Of a DNA stretch of 64,000 bases, positions 1 to 14,400 are shown piece after piece. The DNA is from Nymphaea colorata (lineage: Eukaryota). The stretch covers positions 15,686,001 through 15,750,000 of the forward strand of contig NC_045138.2 in NCBI RefSeq assembly GCF_008831285.2, given 5' to 3'. The first letter of the stretch is position 1, and the number at the start of each line of letters is the position of its first letter. The position numbers and the translations under genes were made by a program. Under the pieces are notes generated by a model that had not been told where the DNA came from, searched no databases, and was given only the letters and a program-made list of their open reading frames with translations.

Positions 1-1325
1 TGTAATGTGATTTGCTTCTGTACTTTTTATCATCAAATAGTGAAAGTAATTTCATGGATACCTTTCTCTTATCGGGCAGACCATCAAATTCTTGGTTTCA
101 TTTTGACACTTGAAGATCCAAATTGTACCATTTTAATTTTTTCTAGAGCTAATACGTCTGGTTATCTAATACTGTCTCCTAGCTCAAGCCTGTAGTCCAT
201 CTCATCCGTATTCTTTACAACTTATGAATATGGTTAAGTAATTTGGTTTGGTGATCCGGCTCCATCGAGCAAGATTCAACTGACTTGGCTGTTATCATCC
301 TGCAATCCATAATAACAAATGTTAACGTCTTATTGAAAATCTTGTAATTTTGGTGAGACTGGGTTAACCATATGATGAAAATAAGACCATGATATTTTGG
401 TACAAAACTTTACTTTCGAAATATCATATTTTGTTGCAATATGAATTGTGCACAAAATTTACTTCGCTATACTATTCATGGTTTCTGTTATATTTTGGTA
501 TATTTTGTGAGAGTCAATATTTTCACCTAATTATTAAAATATTACAAAAGAAAATCTTTGGTGCCTGGAAATGAGATTTACATCAATGGTTTAGCCTATC
601 CCCAGTTGTCATAACAAAACGTTGGTTCAGATTATAGCATTGAAATGTCACTTGCTAGTGTCAGGTATGGGTGTTTAAGACTGAAGAATACAAACTAAAT
701 GATGGTTTTTTGAAGAGTGTTCTTAAAGATCTCGAAAGAGAACGATATGTGTAAATTAATATTTATTCCTATTGATCTCTCCTATCATTGAACTTTTTTT
801 GAATGGTTTTCTCCATTCTGTCTGACAAGGCTTGTCAGAAGAATAATTGGAATTCAAATCGAACTGTTCTTCAGGGCCTTGTTGTAGTTGTCATTATTCA
901 TGAACAGTGTTTCAAAAGAAATGTTTAAACCGTTTTCCTGTCTGGAAGAATCTTGGAATCTAAACAAAAGAACTACATCTATATCGAGGCTTTCTTGCTT
1001 GAATATCAGATGTTATTTTTGCAGTTTTACTATGTTAGCAGGAATTTATTGCAAATGTAAGATCCTCAGGATTTGAGATCAATGAATTTTAGATTAGACC
1101 CTCCCCTCTCTGATATTAAACCAAACCTTTTCTCAATGCAAAATATAAAATAAGGATTTCAAGTATTAGTTTGATGAACCATGGACTTTATGGTGGACCC
1201 TTTGCCACATCAGCAAAAGCATGCCTCGTCAGACCCAGATCTCAAATCTGATGCCATCAAACACTCCCCTAGTGTTCTGGCAAGAGCAGTCTGGTTCCAT
1301 GATCCTGTCAAAAATCCATCGTGAC

Positions 1326-1730
1326 ACTGAATTCCTGGACCGTAGAGTTTGCTTATTATTGAGAGCAACCATCGGTTAAATTTACAGGAATGTTTTGAAC
1401 GCCGACCTTCATAGCATGATTGTGTCATAATAAAATACTGACATCATGTACTAGTCCAGGGCGGTGTGTATGAGTTTTCACCAGACTAGTTCTATATTTT
1501 TTGGTAATGGACTATGCGTCAATGTCCACCCAAGATACTGAATTCCTGGAATGTAGAGCTGTGCTTATTATTGAGAGCAACCATCGGTCACATTTACTGA
1601 AATATTTAGAATTGCAACCTTTATAGCATAAGAGTGTCACAATAAGATACTGACATCATGTAATCTAGGACGGTGTGCATGAGTTTTTGCCAGAGTAGTT
1701 TTGTATTCTTTGGTAATGGACTGTGTCAAT
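1326..1730. repeat. Diverged ~210-bp tandem duplication in the hydrolase intron
   Basis: Copies 1326-1523 and 1537-1730 share ACTGAATTCCTGGA, TGCTTATTATTGAGAGCAACCATCGGT, ATACTGACATCATGTA and TTTGGTAATGGACT in the same order. Confidence 0.9.
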
Positions 1731-1777
1731 AAGTTTTATTTCTCTTTGAGCATCGGTAATTTCTTGATGCAGAGCAG

Positions 1778-2869
1778 TTGTGGGTGCTGGATTCAGTTCC
1801 TCATGAAGTGAACTCGGATAACAACGACCTAGAAGTGGAAAAGGTCCTGCATACCCTCCAAAGTCTGTCTACTCCATTGCCATCAAGAAGGTAGTCAACT
1901 GAACTAGCGTCAGTTTGGAAAAATATGTTTGTGTTATCTAGAATTATTAGACAATAAGTGCAAGCAGAGGAAAATTAATACTTCCCAAATATCAGGTGGC
2001 TGGTTGAACACATGATCAAGCAGGGATTCTCTAAAGCATTGTCAGAATGGGTTGGGAGCAATTTAAAGGTGGACTCCACAGGGAAGCAAATGACTTGGGC
2101 TTTTAATCTAAGTGGCTGCGTGGAGATGTTTGATTCCTTTTTGTACTCTCTCTCTCTCTTTTTTCTTTTTCTCTCTCTCTCTCTTTTCTTTTTCTCTCTC
2201 TCTTGTGCACACCCACACTCATGTGAACTATTAAGATCAAGGCAAGATCTGGAATTTGACATTTCTGTATATTCTTGTCTGCCACTAACGATAGATTTAT
2301 GGGACACGTCTTCGTCTATGACCCATTTGGTGGCTGTCTCCTTCTGTCCGGTTGTTATGGAACCATAATCGTGAAACATGATCTTCTTTACAAGACACGA
2401 CTTCAGAAAGTTTTTTAAGAGCACAATGTCTTTTCTGCTAGTATTTCTGCAGGATCTTTGCTTTGTATCGTTACTCTAAAGAACAACTAGTAACACGTAC
2501 GGGGAAGTTCTGCCGTTCGGAAACCGTAGTGTTTGTCACTATGCTGCAAGAAACTTCTATCTATTTCTCTGACTTCTTGATGGGAATTCTTGTAGGCAGA
2601 AGGATTACTGGCCCCTTTTGGAGAAGCCACCTAAAGGCACAGATATTATGATTGTGCGTGCAGAGAGAAGCGACAGATGGACGCCAGAGGTGATACAAAA
2701 GCTTGAAAGTTTAACCAGCAAAGGAGCTGAAGAAGCCAGTAAGGGGAGAGTACTGTATCATGTTCTCCCAGATGCAGGACACTGGGTTCATGTTGACAAT
2801 CCTAAAGGATTGCTCGATATAATGATCCCTCATATGAAATCTCTCTCACATTCCGATCCTTCAAGATAA
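1778..2869 (+). CDS. Alpha/beta hydrolase, ABHD11-like (last three exons; 5' part lies upstream of the window)
   Basis: GT-AG exons 1778-1890, 1996-2142 and 2596-2869 splice in frame: LWVLDSVPHEVNSD...LPSRRWLVEHMIKQGFSKALSEWVGSNLK...WAFNLSGCVEMFDSFLQKDYWPLLEKPPKG...VLPDAGHWVHVDNPKGLLDIM. The C-terminal AGHWVH motif carries the catalytic His typical of ABHD11/YbfF esterases. Confidence 0.88.
2146..2202. repeat. CT-rich microsatellite at intron 5' end
   Basis: Interrupted (CT)n/(T)n run immediately after the donor site at 2143. Confidence 0.9.
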
Positions 2870-4370
2870 GCACATTATCCACAGCCAACTGATTTTCAGA
2901 ACTCGGCTCTTGCGGAGTTCACACATTACCTTAGAGATGACAGTAAAATAAGCCAAGTTATTAAGGCAACTGCTGTAACCTAACATCAATTTTATTTATA
3001 CATGTCAGCAATTTTGTCATCGGTGTTTTTGCTTCCTTCCGGAAGGAAGGATGGAAATGAAAGGAAAAGGATCGTACTTTTAAAGTTGAGATCAGGTGAG
3101 ATGACTCCCTGGTTACCCCACCCACCAATATGACCCAAGCAAATGGTTCTTCCATCAATGTTGCTATACTGATATTGGTACAGTGACCAGCAAAATTTAT
3201 GGCTGAGGAGGCATTTTCACCTTTTCAGGTGGAATCATCGCACCGTGTGATTTGACTTCTTATTCTTGTGACCCTAGAAACCACGCTTATCAACAATGGT
3301 TTAAGAAGATTTCCAATAACAGCAGGCTTCTTCAATCCCGTGCCTGCTAAAGAACCGGGCACTTAAGAAAAAGAACTAAAAGGGTTGCTAATTGTTTGGG
3401 TGTTAACATGGCCTTCTATTCAGTTTCCAGGAATGATAACCAATAAGCCAAAGCCTCCCCTCCTATCCTCTGTCCCTATGGTTTAGGACCTGCTTTGAAA
3501 CTTAGGTGGCTATAGCACCAGCAGTTCCAAGAAATAACACCCACTAAAATCGAATCAATGATATGCTGTTTGCATGTCAGTCAGTTTGATCGGCTATGCA
3601 ATACCCTTTGGAGCTTCCGTTTCGGAGTTTCTTTGATGAATAAGGTGTAGTCAAGGCTAATGTTCCCACAGAGTCACATTGAGAACAGGACGTTAAGTGT
3701 TTACCCGAGTTCCATGTGACTGATTTCACATGAACAGAGTGTGAAAGGCAATGGTAGGTGCTGTAGTTTGTGCAACAAGCGCGAACATTGCTAATCTATT
3801 GTATTGCGAATGGAATCGACTGTTTTCCTTCCTAAAACTCCTTGACAAGCAGTCATTTATAACCAGTGGTTTCATCGGGGGGCTCTAACACGGCTTGAAT
3901 GCTCATCCATGTCAATTTTCGGAACCGTTAGCGGCTTCTTGAAATACCAAACCACCATAAACTTAGTTTCACAGGTTCTGCATTTTCATAGCTTTGAAGG
4001 CCAACTACGTGAACTTGGCAGACAAATGTGTGAACGTTACTCAAACGATAGGCTTTGGCAAGCATGACAGGTGTGGGCAATACAGTCTGATTAGTGCGGG
4101 GAAAAAAATTTTTACATAATTTAAAAGATTGTCAATGTTTAAAAGTAACATATATGCTCAATACTTGAAAATATTCCAAGATTCGTGTAGGCCAAAGTCA
4201 ATCTAGTGAAAAGAACTTGTCACGTCAGCGGAGGGAACCACGTTTACCAAGAATAAGCGCACAAAATTCCTAAGCATGGATCAAGAACAACCATGCAAGT
4301 CAGAACATTGGAGGTATAAGAGTATGGAGGAAAAAAAAAATATCCTTGCAAGTCCCTTGAACCGATAAAT

Positions 4371-4588
4371 GCGCTGTAGCTCAGCCAAAGGAAGAGGACG
4401 CAATGGGGTTTGAACCCATGAACAATTGCCTATTGGGCAGGGCCGTAGGTTTCAAGACCAGCCTAATTTTGCTCTTAGAGAAACGGGGTGGAGACCTAAT
4501 CATGAGATTGGACCTGAGAGGTGAGTTTAATACCCAGCTAGCTCTCAACGTAAATTCGCAGGGTTCTGTCTAACTTGCCTACTAAAAA
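4371..4588 (+). mobile_element. Putative tRNA-derived SINE or degenerate tRNA-like sequence
   Basis: Starts GCGCTGTAGCTCAGCC (A-box/tRNA 5'-like), has a B-box-like GGGTTTGAACCC at ~4406-4417, a ~170-bp body and a short A tail. No clear TSD and no complete cloverleaf. Confidence 0.4.
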
Positions 4589-4609
4589 CATTTTAAAGAA
4601 CCAGGGTTT

Positions 4610-4745
4610 ACAAATTAAGGGGCCTGCCAACTATATATGATTGATGAATCTGAAAACAAATTAGCGGCCTACCAACTATGCATTGATTGATGAATCTGAA
4701 AACAAATTAAGGGCCTGCCAATTATATCGATTGATCAATCCAAAA
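4610..4745. repeat. Minisatellite, ~46 bp x3
   Basis: ACAAATTA(A)GGGCCT(G/A)CCAA(C/T)TAT...GATTGAT(G/C)AATC..AAA is repeated three times. Confidence 0.9.
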
Positions 4746-5198
4746 AATTTTACTGGAGAGGAAAACCCTAGCAGCTAAATAACAATCAAACGCTACCCAT
4801 GTTTTGTGATTCAAAATGTTTCACCTAAGTCCAATCAATCAGTGGATAGTGTTTGCAGCATGCGCACGTGCATACTGCCACATACAATTCCCAGTTTGCC
4901 TGTATGATTATGACCTCCCATAACCAATCTAACCCAGGAGCAAATATCAAATGCCTCAACATGGACATAAAAAGATCAAAATCAAAGTGAGCAAAAATTT
5001 ATATAGCATAGTATTCCACCATGTCTACATTAAAGCAGGTCCCACAAAACAAAGAAATGCTTCACAAGGTTTTCCCTTCTTACTTGCGTCCAAAAAACAA
5101 TTACGACATGCTTGAAATCCTAAACAAGACGAGATGTTTCCTAGGTTTTTCCGGTAGTGACGAGCCACAATCTGATGCAAACAAAACAGAAATACCAA

Positions 5199-7341
5199 CT
5201 AGAAGAGAGATGTTCCTTTTCCCTTCTTATCTCCACCAATCTCGAAGTGCTTGCAGCGCTGCAGAACAAAAACCGCAAGTTAAATATAAAGTCCAGAGAG
5301 AGAGGGGGAAGGGAGAGAGAAGGGGAGAGATGGCAGACCTTAATTGGATGCTGTGATACATGCTTGCAGCTCTGGCATTGCAACCTCAACACGATCTTCT
5401 TTGTTGTTTTGGCCTGCAAAGATGAAGTAACATTTAGTTAATCTACGAGTGCTACCTTTTCAAAGTCGTGCTCAGCTTAGATGGATGGTTTACCTTCTTG
5501 TGGAACACAGGCTTGGTTTGACCTCCATATCCAGACTGCTTCCTATCATAACGCCGTTTCCCTTGAGCAGCCAAACTATCCTTTCCCTTCTTGTACTGAG
5601 TAACTTTATGCAAGGTATGCTTCCTGCATTGCTTGTTCTTGCAGTATGTTTTCTTAGTTTTTGGCACGTTCACCTGCTCATATCATGATACCCATTATCA
5701 CTCAACAAAGGATGGCAATCAAGATAGATCAGCAAACTAGTGACCACTCAGCCAACTAATAGGTGCAGAAGATTAGTTCACAATCCTCCAGTTGGCTGGG
5801 TGGGCCATGGTTCAAGACAAGCTGGCTGACTAGGTAGGTTTCCCAGTTGTAGCAGCACTTGTTATCTTTTTCCTTTCTGTTTATACATATTTACATGGCC
5901 AACTTATGTACATATCCCAGTCTATGTCACATGGGTATCGGGTGCAGGTGAGGATGGGATCTGGATGGAGTAATTTTTCAAAAAAAATTAGGTGTGGATG
6001 CAGTGAGGATGTGTATATCTGTGCGTGTATATATGCATATACATCATTTGTTGGATGATGCAGGTGAGGATGGGATCTGGATGGAGTAATTTTTCAAAAA
6101 AATTTAGGTGTGGATGCAGTGAGGATGTGTATATCTGTGTGTGTATATATGCATATAAATCATTTGTTGGATGATGCAGGTGAGGATGGGATCTGGATGG
6201 AGTAATTTTTCAAAAAAATTTAGGTGTGGATGCAATGAGGATGTGTATATCTGTGTGCGTATATATGCATATAAATCATTTGTTGGATGACCATTTAACT
6301 GTTTAGTAGCCTTATTTATCTATATTCATATATAAAAATTTTTGTACTAGAGATAGTTTAGTTATGTGCACATTTTAAATAGTCACTTTTCGCCCAGTTG
6401 GGTGATGTGCCGGAGAAGCACCAGCACCAGTGTTGACACAGAGTGCGGCAGCCATTTATAAGCACCCATGTGACATAGATCCCAATTTAACAAATGGACA
6501 ACTGAGCATTACAGCATAACAAGCCTGTGATTTTGAGCTCCAAAATTCCACAACCAATCACAATATTCTATTCTAGGTAATACAACTAATCCAGATTTCC
6601 TTCCATTACAAATATAAACTTCTCCTTATTGAAAATAAAGGGAACGACCATGGTAAACCTGGAGATCAGTCGTTACATCCTAGGGCAAAGTGGGATAGCC
6701 ACGAATTGGACAATGCAGTAAATAGTATAATGCTGCCCAAAAATCACAGTCGTTGCTTTCCGAAGGAAACAAACTTATGAACATGGTGACGATGAAAAGC
6801 ACATCATGTAAAAGAAACAAGATGTGGGCATGTTTGAAAGAGAGCGACAGAGGGGTGTCAAGACACTTTGCAGAAATGCACTTCTCTAAAAAATCAACCA
6901 ATACCTCTAAACAATCGCGCCCAACCTCCAAAGCTACCCATAACAACAGCTATCCATTCAACCGCGTTTGGTTCAATAAATGTGGATACCTAAATCTACT
7001 CTTAGTTCACAGAAAGGCACGGGCGAAAAACTAAACGACAGACCAAGTGGATGATAAGTACAGTCAGATAACGTGAGAATTCAAAAATTTGAAGGAAATG
7101 AAGACACCACTGTTGTTATTGTTGAAACCAAATCGAAATAATCAAGTTACAGGCAACAACAAACACATATAAAGAAGCAAACATCACCCATGTGAGTTTC
7201 CAGCAATGCAGGAAGTTAATCAATAATACGATTCAAGCCTAAGGTTTATAAGTTAGATAACCAGCAGATCAATGGGAAATGTATTATGAATAAACAGAAA
7301 AGAAAGAGAGAGAGAGAGCGAAAGAGAGAGAGAAGCACCAT
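5199..7341 (-). CDS. RPL36a: 60S ribosomal protein L36a/L44 (eL42), 105 aa
   Basis: Exons 7341-7339 (ATG only), 5673-5494, 5413-5339 and 5258-5199, all GT-AG, give [105 protein letters not shown]. It has Pro in GGQTKP, the cycloheximide-sensitive form. Confidence 0.97.
5922..6478. mobile_element. Non-autonomous hAT-type DNA transposon (MITE) in RPL36a intron 1
   Basis: Perfect 15-bp TIRs CTATGTCACATGGGT / ACCCATGTGACATAG. The 8-bp TSD is ATCCCAGT (5914-5921) / ATCCCAAT (6479-6486). No coding capacity. Confidence 0.8.
5943..6290. repeat. ~117-bp tandem repeat x3 inside the MITE
   Basis: TGCAGGTGAGGATGGGATCTGGATGGAGTAATTTTTCAAAAAAA...CATTTGTTGGATGA occurs three times, nearly identical. Confidence 0.95.
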
Positions 7342-7408
7342 TTTGGCGGACCAGACGAAGAACGCGGCTGCTCTGAGGAAAGCCGCGAAGCAGACCGAGC
7401 GAAATGAG

Positions 7409-7417
7409 TTAGGGTTT
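7409..7417 (-). promoter_or_regulatory. Telo-box (AAACCCTAA) near the RPL36a transcription start
   Basis: TTAGGGTTT lies ~70 bp upstream of the ATG, with a site-II-like GGGGGCCAA at ~7434. This pairing is typical of plant ribosomal protein promoters. Confidence 0.7.
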
Positions 7418-9101
7418 CTGGAGGTCCGAGAAAGGGGGCCAATGTATGCTCATAAAAATAATAGGGCGAATGCTATAATATTTACAAAGCCCCTTTTAAA
7501 TACTCTATTACCGGAATGGGACTCAACGAAGCTTTCCATTACCATGGACGGGTGAACACCAGAACACCTCCCTCTCTCTCTCTCCACTTCTTTTTTGAAT
7601 ACATGGAACTATAATGTAAAGATAAAACTTCAATTCAGATTTGGTTGAAAGTTCATGCTAGGAGCTTTTACAGTCATTATGTAACTTTAGTATCGGTATT
7701 CAAGTTTCACTTAAAGGATGAAAGAATTTTTTTGCATGTTAACTTCTCAATGTTGGAACAAAAGTTTGAGTGAAATCAAACACATGGGGTAGATAAAAGA
7801 TAAAAACCAAAACTTAATAACTCAAGCCGTTGTCTCCACGTTTCAAGTGACTGAACCCACTAGCATCACATATTCACATTGGGATAAAACAGAAGCAAAG
7901 CACGAAGCAATGACATAATATAATGTGTCTGTCACGACAGAAAATAGTTGCTAAAGAATCTCACCACCGGATTGAGAGCCGAAGCCTTTTTTTATGGTGT
8001 ACTATGTGTAATGTCCCAAATGTTTAGTTTCGTATTCAATATTATGAAGAATGTTCAAGGGTTTATAAAGAAGTCATTGATGAAAAGATTGTCTTGGTTT
8101 CTAACCTTTTTAGGGTTGAAACTGAAACTGCTAGGAAGGCAGGTTGGGATCCCTCGAATTAAGAGCCCGAGCCCAAGAATGGGTTGAGTTGTTATATTAT
8201 GTCCATGCTTGGTGTGGATGACAAGTTACTTAATATACTAACTACATTCGAAAAAAGTTTTGATGCCTATGCCACCAATAACCTACCAGCCATTGACCTA
8301 AGCCAATAAAACCCCACCAAGGCAACTAGTATCGTCATGGGCGTTGATAATTATTAACTTGTATTCTAACATCTTCATTTTATATCTGTAATTGTATTTT
8401 TCAACTCACGAATGGTTTCCCCATTTCCAGAAAAAAAAAAAAGAAGTTGAAATGGGTTGATACACAAACACATATTCAAGCATTAAAGTATTGCTTTCTT
8501 CTTCCATAGATTAACACAATTTGATAAATTTGCTTTTGGAAGTTTGAATAATAAGCAATAGCTTTTGAAGAACACAATTTCAATGTAAAAATAATTTGAT
8601 AGTTTTGAGTTTTTTTTTTCTAAATTAAACTGGTTATGATTGCATACTAAGGTGTTTGAAGGAGCCAAAGTTTCTCATACATGCAAACGTTTTTCAAGGA
8701 CAAACCTTCACATGATTTTGCACCAAAAAGAGTAAGAACCACTTTACATAGATGAGAGAAAGATTGAGATATAAATTTCAGTTTTACTTTGTCATGGCAC
8801 CTAACTAAAAGATATTTTTAACATAAAAAAATAACTTTAAATATAAAAAAAATATTTCTAGGCCTGCACAACGGAAGTTGTAGAAGTGAAGTGAGAACAA
8901 TTATTGGTAAATCCAACTTACCTAAGAAATTAAGCAATGTAAACTTTTTAATAGAATATGAACTCTCTAAGTCCCAACCGGATCCAAATGTTAACCGGGT
9001 CCTACCTTTTTCTTGCAGCAGCCTACGCTATCCAGATTCCATCAAACGGTTTAGACTCGACCCGACTTGAATCCGACCCGTTTACTGCTACAGTTGGAGC
9101 A

Positions 9102-9129
9102 AAACCCTAGCGCACTCACCTATAAAAGG
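9102..9129 (+). promoter_or_regulatory. Telo-box and TATA box of the UBQ-RPL40 gene
   Basis: AAACCCTAG at 9102-9110 and TATAAAAGG at 9121-9129, ~90 bp upstream of the ATG. Confidence 0.7.
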
Positions 9130-9157
9130 CCAAGAAAAGGCGGTTTGCAGACCCTAG

Positions 9158-11419
<2,262 letters not shown>

Positions 11420-14400
11420 GCGGCACGCACTTCATTCCTTTCCTCCGTTCTTGCTGATGAATGTTTAGCTTTGTTAGACTTCGACTATATCCAATTTAGT
11501 TTGTGGTTGAATTTTGCTACTGGAAACGATCTTTGAGATTTTATTAGAAACAACAATTATGACTTTGTGGAATTTTTGGTGGGAACCTTTAATAGCAAAT
11601 CATTTGTATTTTCTTTGCATTCTTTCACGAGCTCTTGGTGATAAGACCGTGATTAAGTTTTTCGGGTGAGTGTCGCTGTTGTAGCGGCAAGCTTGCAGGT
11701 TCTCTTGGTTTGAGTATATACCATATTGAGTTGAGCATCACCGCCCATGTCGGTCATCTGGTTCGCGCTCGTCTTGTATTGCCGACTGATGAGTATCCGT
11801 TGCTGCCTGGATTATATCATGTAACGTGAGTTACAGAAGAGAGAGAGGGGTGGGGGGGGGGGGGGAGCGCATGGTGTAAGGTCGTGAAGTTTTTCATTTT
11901 GGCTGCTTTGTGTGACATTGATTCTGTAGGTTAGAATGCATCGTTTCAATTCCAAATTTTGGCGACAGAGAGGGGAGGTGAATCACATACCGGTAGGAAA
12001 AGACCTTGATGATATGGTTTCGGAACTGCGGTTGTTTGAAGTCAATGTCTTCGTTTCTGCTTGGTTGCTAGTTGTGGTCAGGCCTTTACACATCCCGTTA
12101 TGGCTGGTCATGTTTTATGTCACGGCACTGCTCAACATGTGGCTGTGGTGCATTCTGGTTTAGGTGATGCATCAGCATATGCGGCGCTCACGATTGATTT
12201 CAATCTCCACCTGTTGCTGGACATTCTTGCTCAGTAAAGTCGGATCGAATTAGAGCAGCGGAGTTCCACAATTTATCGATGGCTGCAGGATATGAGAAGC
12301 CAGCCCCCGTGCATTGTTCTTGCAGAGAGCTCATGAAGGAAAAGTGTTTATTGTTCAATGACGAGATTTGGTTGATCGGAGTAAGTTCGGCTCAGATTTA
12401 GATTAACTATGACCTGTTGAGCTCTGATATAAAACTCAAAGCCGAACTGGATTTTCCATGTCGATTCAAATTAATTTATGTCCAAAGTGTAGATTGTCTA
12501 AGTTGAACCTAAGTTGGTGACATACTAATCAGACTCATTGGTGGCACAACCGATTCAATTCAAGTGCTCTTTATCCAAGTGATTGCTGAGTTAAACTGCC
12601 ATGTTTCATCTATTTTCTCTCAGTATTGTCAGTGTGGAGCCGAGGCACTTCTGAGAATTTGCACCTTTGATTCGGATTTTAAATCTTCTTCAACTTGGGT
12701 GAAGTCTAACTCGTTACATGTACGATGCCCTGCGAAACTATGATAAGGCATTCCTTATTGGAAGTCCTATGAATGTCTCGCGATCCAGTTAATTTTTTAA
12801 TTGCACTCAAAAACTACCTTTTTATTTCTAAAAATTGGCGAGGATTCAAATATTCACGGTTAAAAATTTAAAATCTTACATCAAAATCAAAGTGTTTGAA
12901 CTTCTTTCTCCCAAAAGTTGGCTCACGTGAATCCTCGTGATTCCAGGTCTGGACGCTGGCTCTCGGATCACTTTATTGGAATATGTAAACAAGGTAACTA
13001 TATAATCTCATAAATTTCAGCATTCTCATCTTTCATCCTTATAAAATCCTACCGCTAAGAAATAATTGAGCAGGATTTTTAGTTCTGTCCTATGTCGACC
13101 GCATCTTACTACAGTTGAAAAATGATTGGCCAAGTTTGTGCAGAAAAAGATCGAAATCGGAATCGGGGGACAGAGGAGGAACTTGGGCAGAACGAGAGGG
13201 CATCTGCGCTCGCCAAAGACCGGCGGGATTTCGTGGGTAGTCTTCCTTGGGGCCCAATGGTTGTTCCGTGTAAAGGTTTAAGCGAGTAATTATTATTGAT
13301 ACGGTCAGCTTCTGTCGATCCCTCCTAGTCCTGGACGAGGAAACTGAATGGGTCCCCATCACGGGAGAGAGCCATCACGGAAGAGAGAGACAGAGACAGA
13401 CACCGAAAGAGGAGCCGAACCAGTAGCACCCAATCTTGTCGAAGCCTTCTTACGATGGTCTGTTCCCTCGATTGAGCATCTTTTCTCCTTTTTGGTGGAC
13501 TGTCTCCCAAGATTTCCATAATCTTTTAGACCCTTAGTGTGTAATTTTGGCGCTCCTCGATCCTCCTGTTTCATGCCCTCTCAAACTCCCGCACCTCCTC
13601 TACTGCTTTGTTGTGCAGTGCAAGTCATGGGGCTTCGTCTTGTCGCTGTTTCTTTTGAGCTAAGCAAAGTTTTGGCACAAGGCACTCTTTAACACGCGGA
13701 TAGAAATCTCCACTGTTGCCGTCTCGTCCCTGGAAAATTCTGCCTGTCACTTTGTTGCCTACTAGGTACTTCGCTCAAAATTTAGGGTTCTCGAGTGCTG
13801 TTCAGATGGTTGTTGGTTGATGTATTCTCCCCAATTGATATTTTAGTTGTTTCTCTATACCAGTATAACAGGCATAGCTTGCGCTTCCTGTTTCCGTAAT
13901 TTGATAACCATGTCTCTGAAGATAGTTCCTTACTGTTCATTGATGGTGATGGGCAACGGAGGGATGTTTGAGTTTATTTGTCCTTGGAACATTTTGGAGG
14001 GTGAGTTAAAACATTAAAAGGTTTTTTCAGGGCTTCCATCGGTGCTTTACACTGGTGTCGTTTTTGAAATGTTCATCTTTGCTAATTCTGTTGTTGTTTT
14101 CTCTCTCTTTTCGTGGGTTCTATAGTTCGTTTTAGCTGGTTTGTGTGTTATTGCATTAATGTATCAATTGAGACGTTTAGGCACCACGTATGAGCCTTAA
14201 TTCGGATGGAAACAACGTTTTATTGCTTGCAAAAATATAGAGTTGCTAAGGTGGTTGGGAATAGAGGTGCCGAAGGCATCCTCTTATGATGTTAGAATGA
14301 GTTGCTGATGCCAGTCCAAACACAGAGTTTGGCGTAACAATTGCTCTCGAACTGCACGATTTTACAGAAAATTGCAATGCATTGCTTCTGCAAAGCAAAG

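Noticed and set aside
1975..2424. 149-aa minus-strand ORF with an ERKRK-rich stretch
   Set aside because: It is antisense to a hydrolase exon and runs through a CT microsatellite, so it is not a real gene.
5943..6290. Regular repeats resembling a CRISPR array
   Set aside because: The units are contiguous with no unique spacers and sit in a eukaryotic intron.
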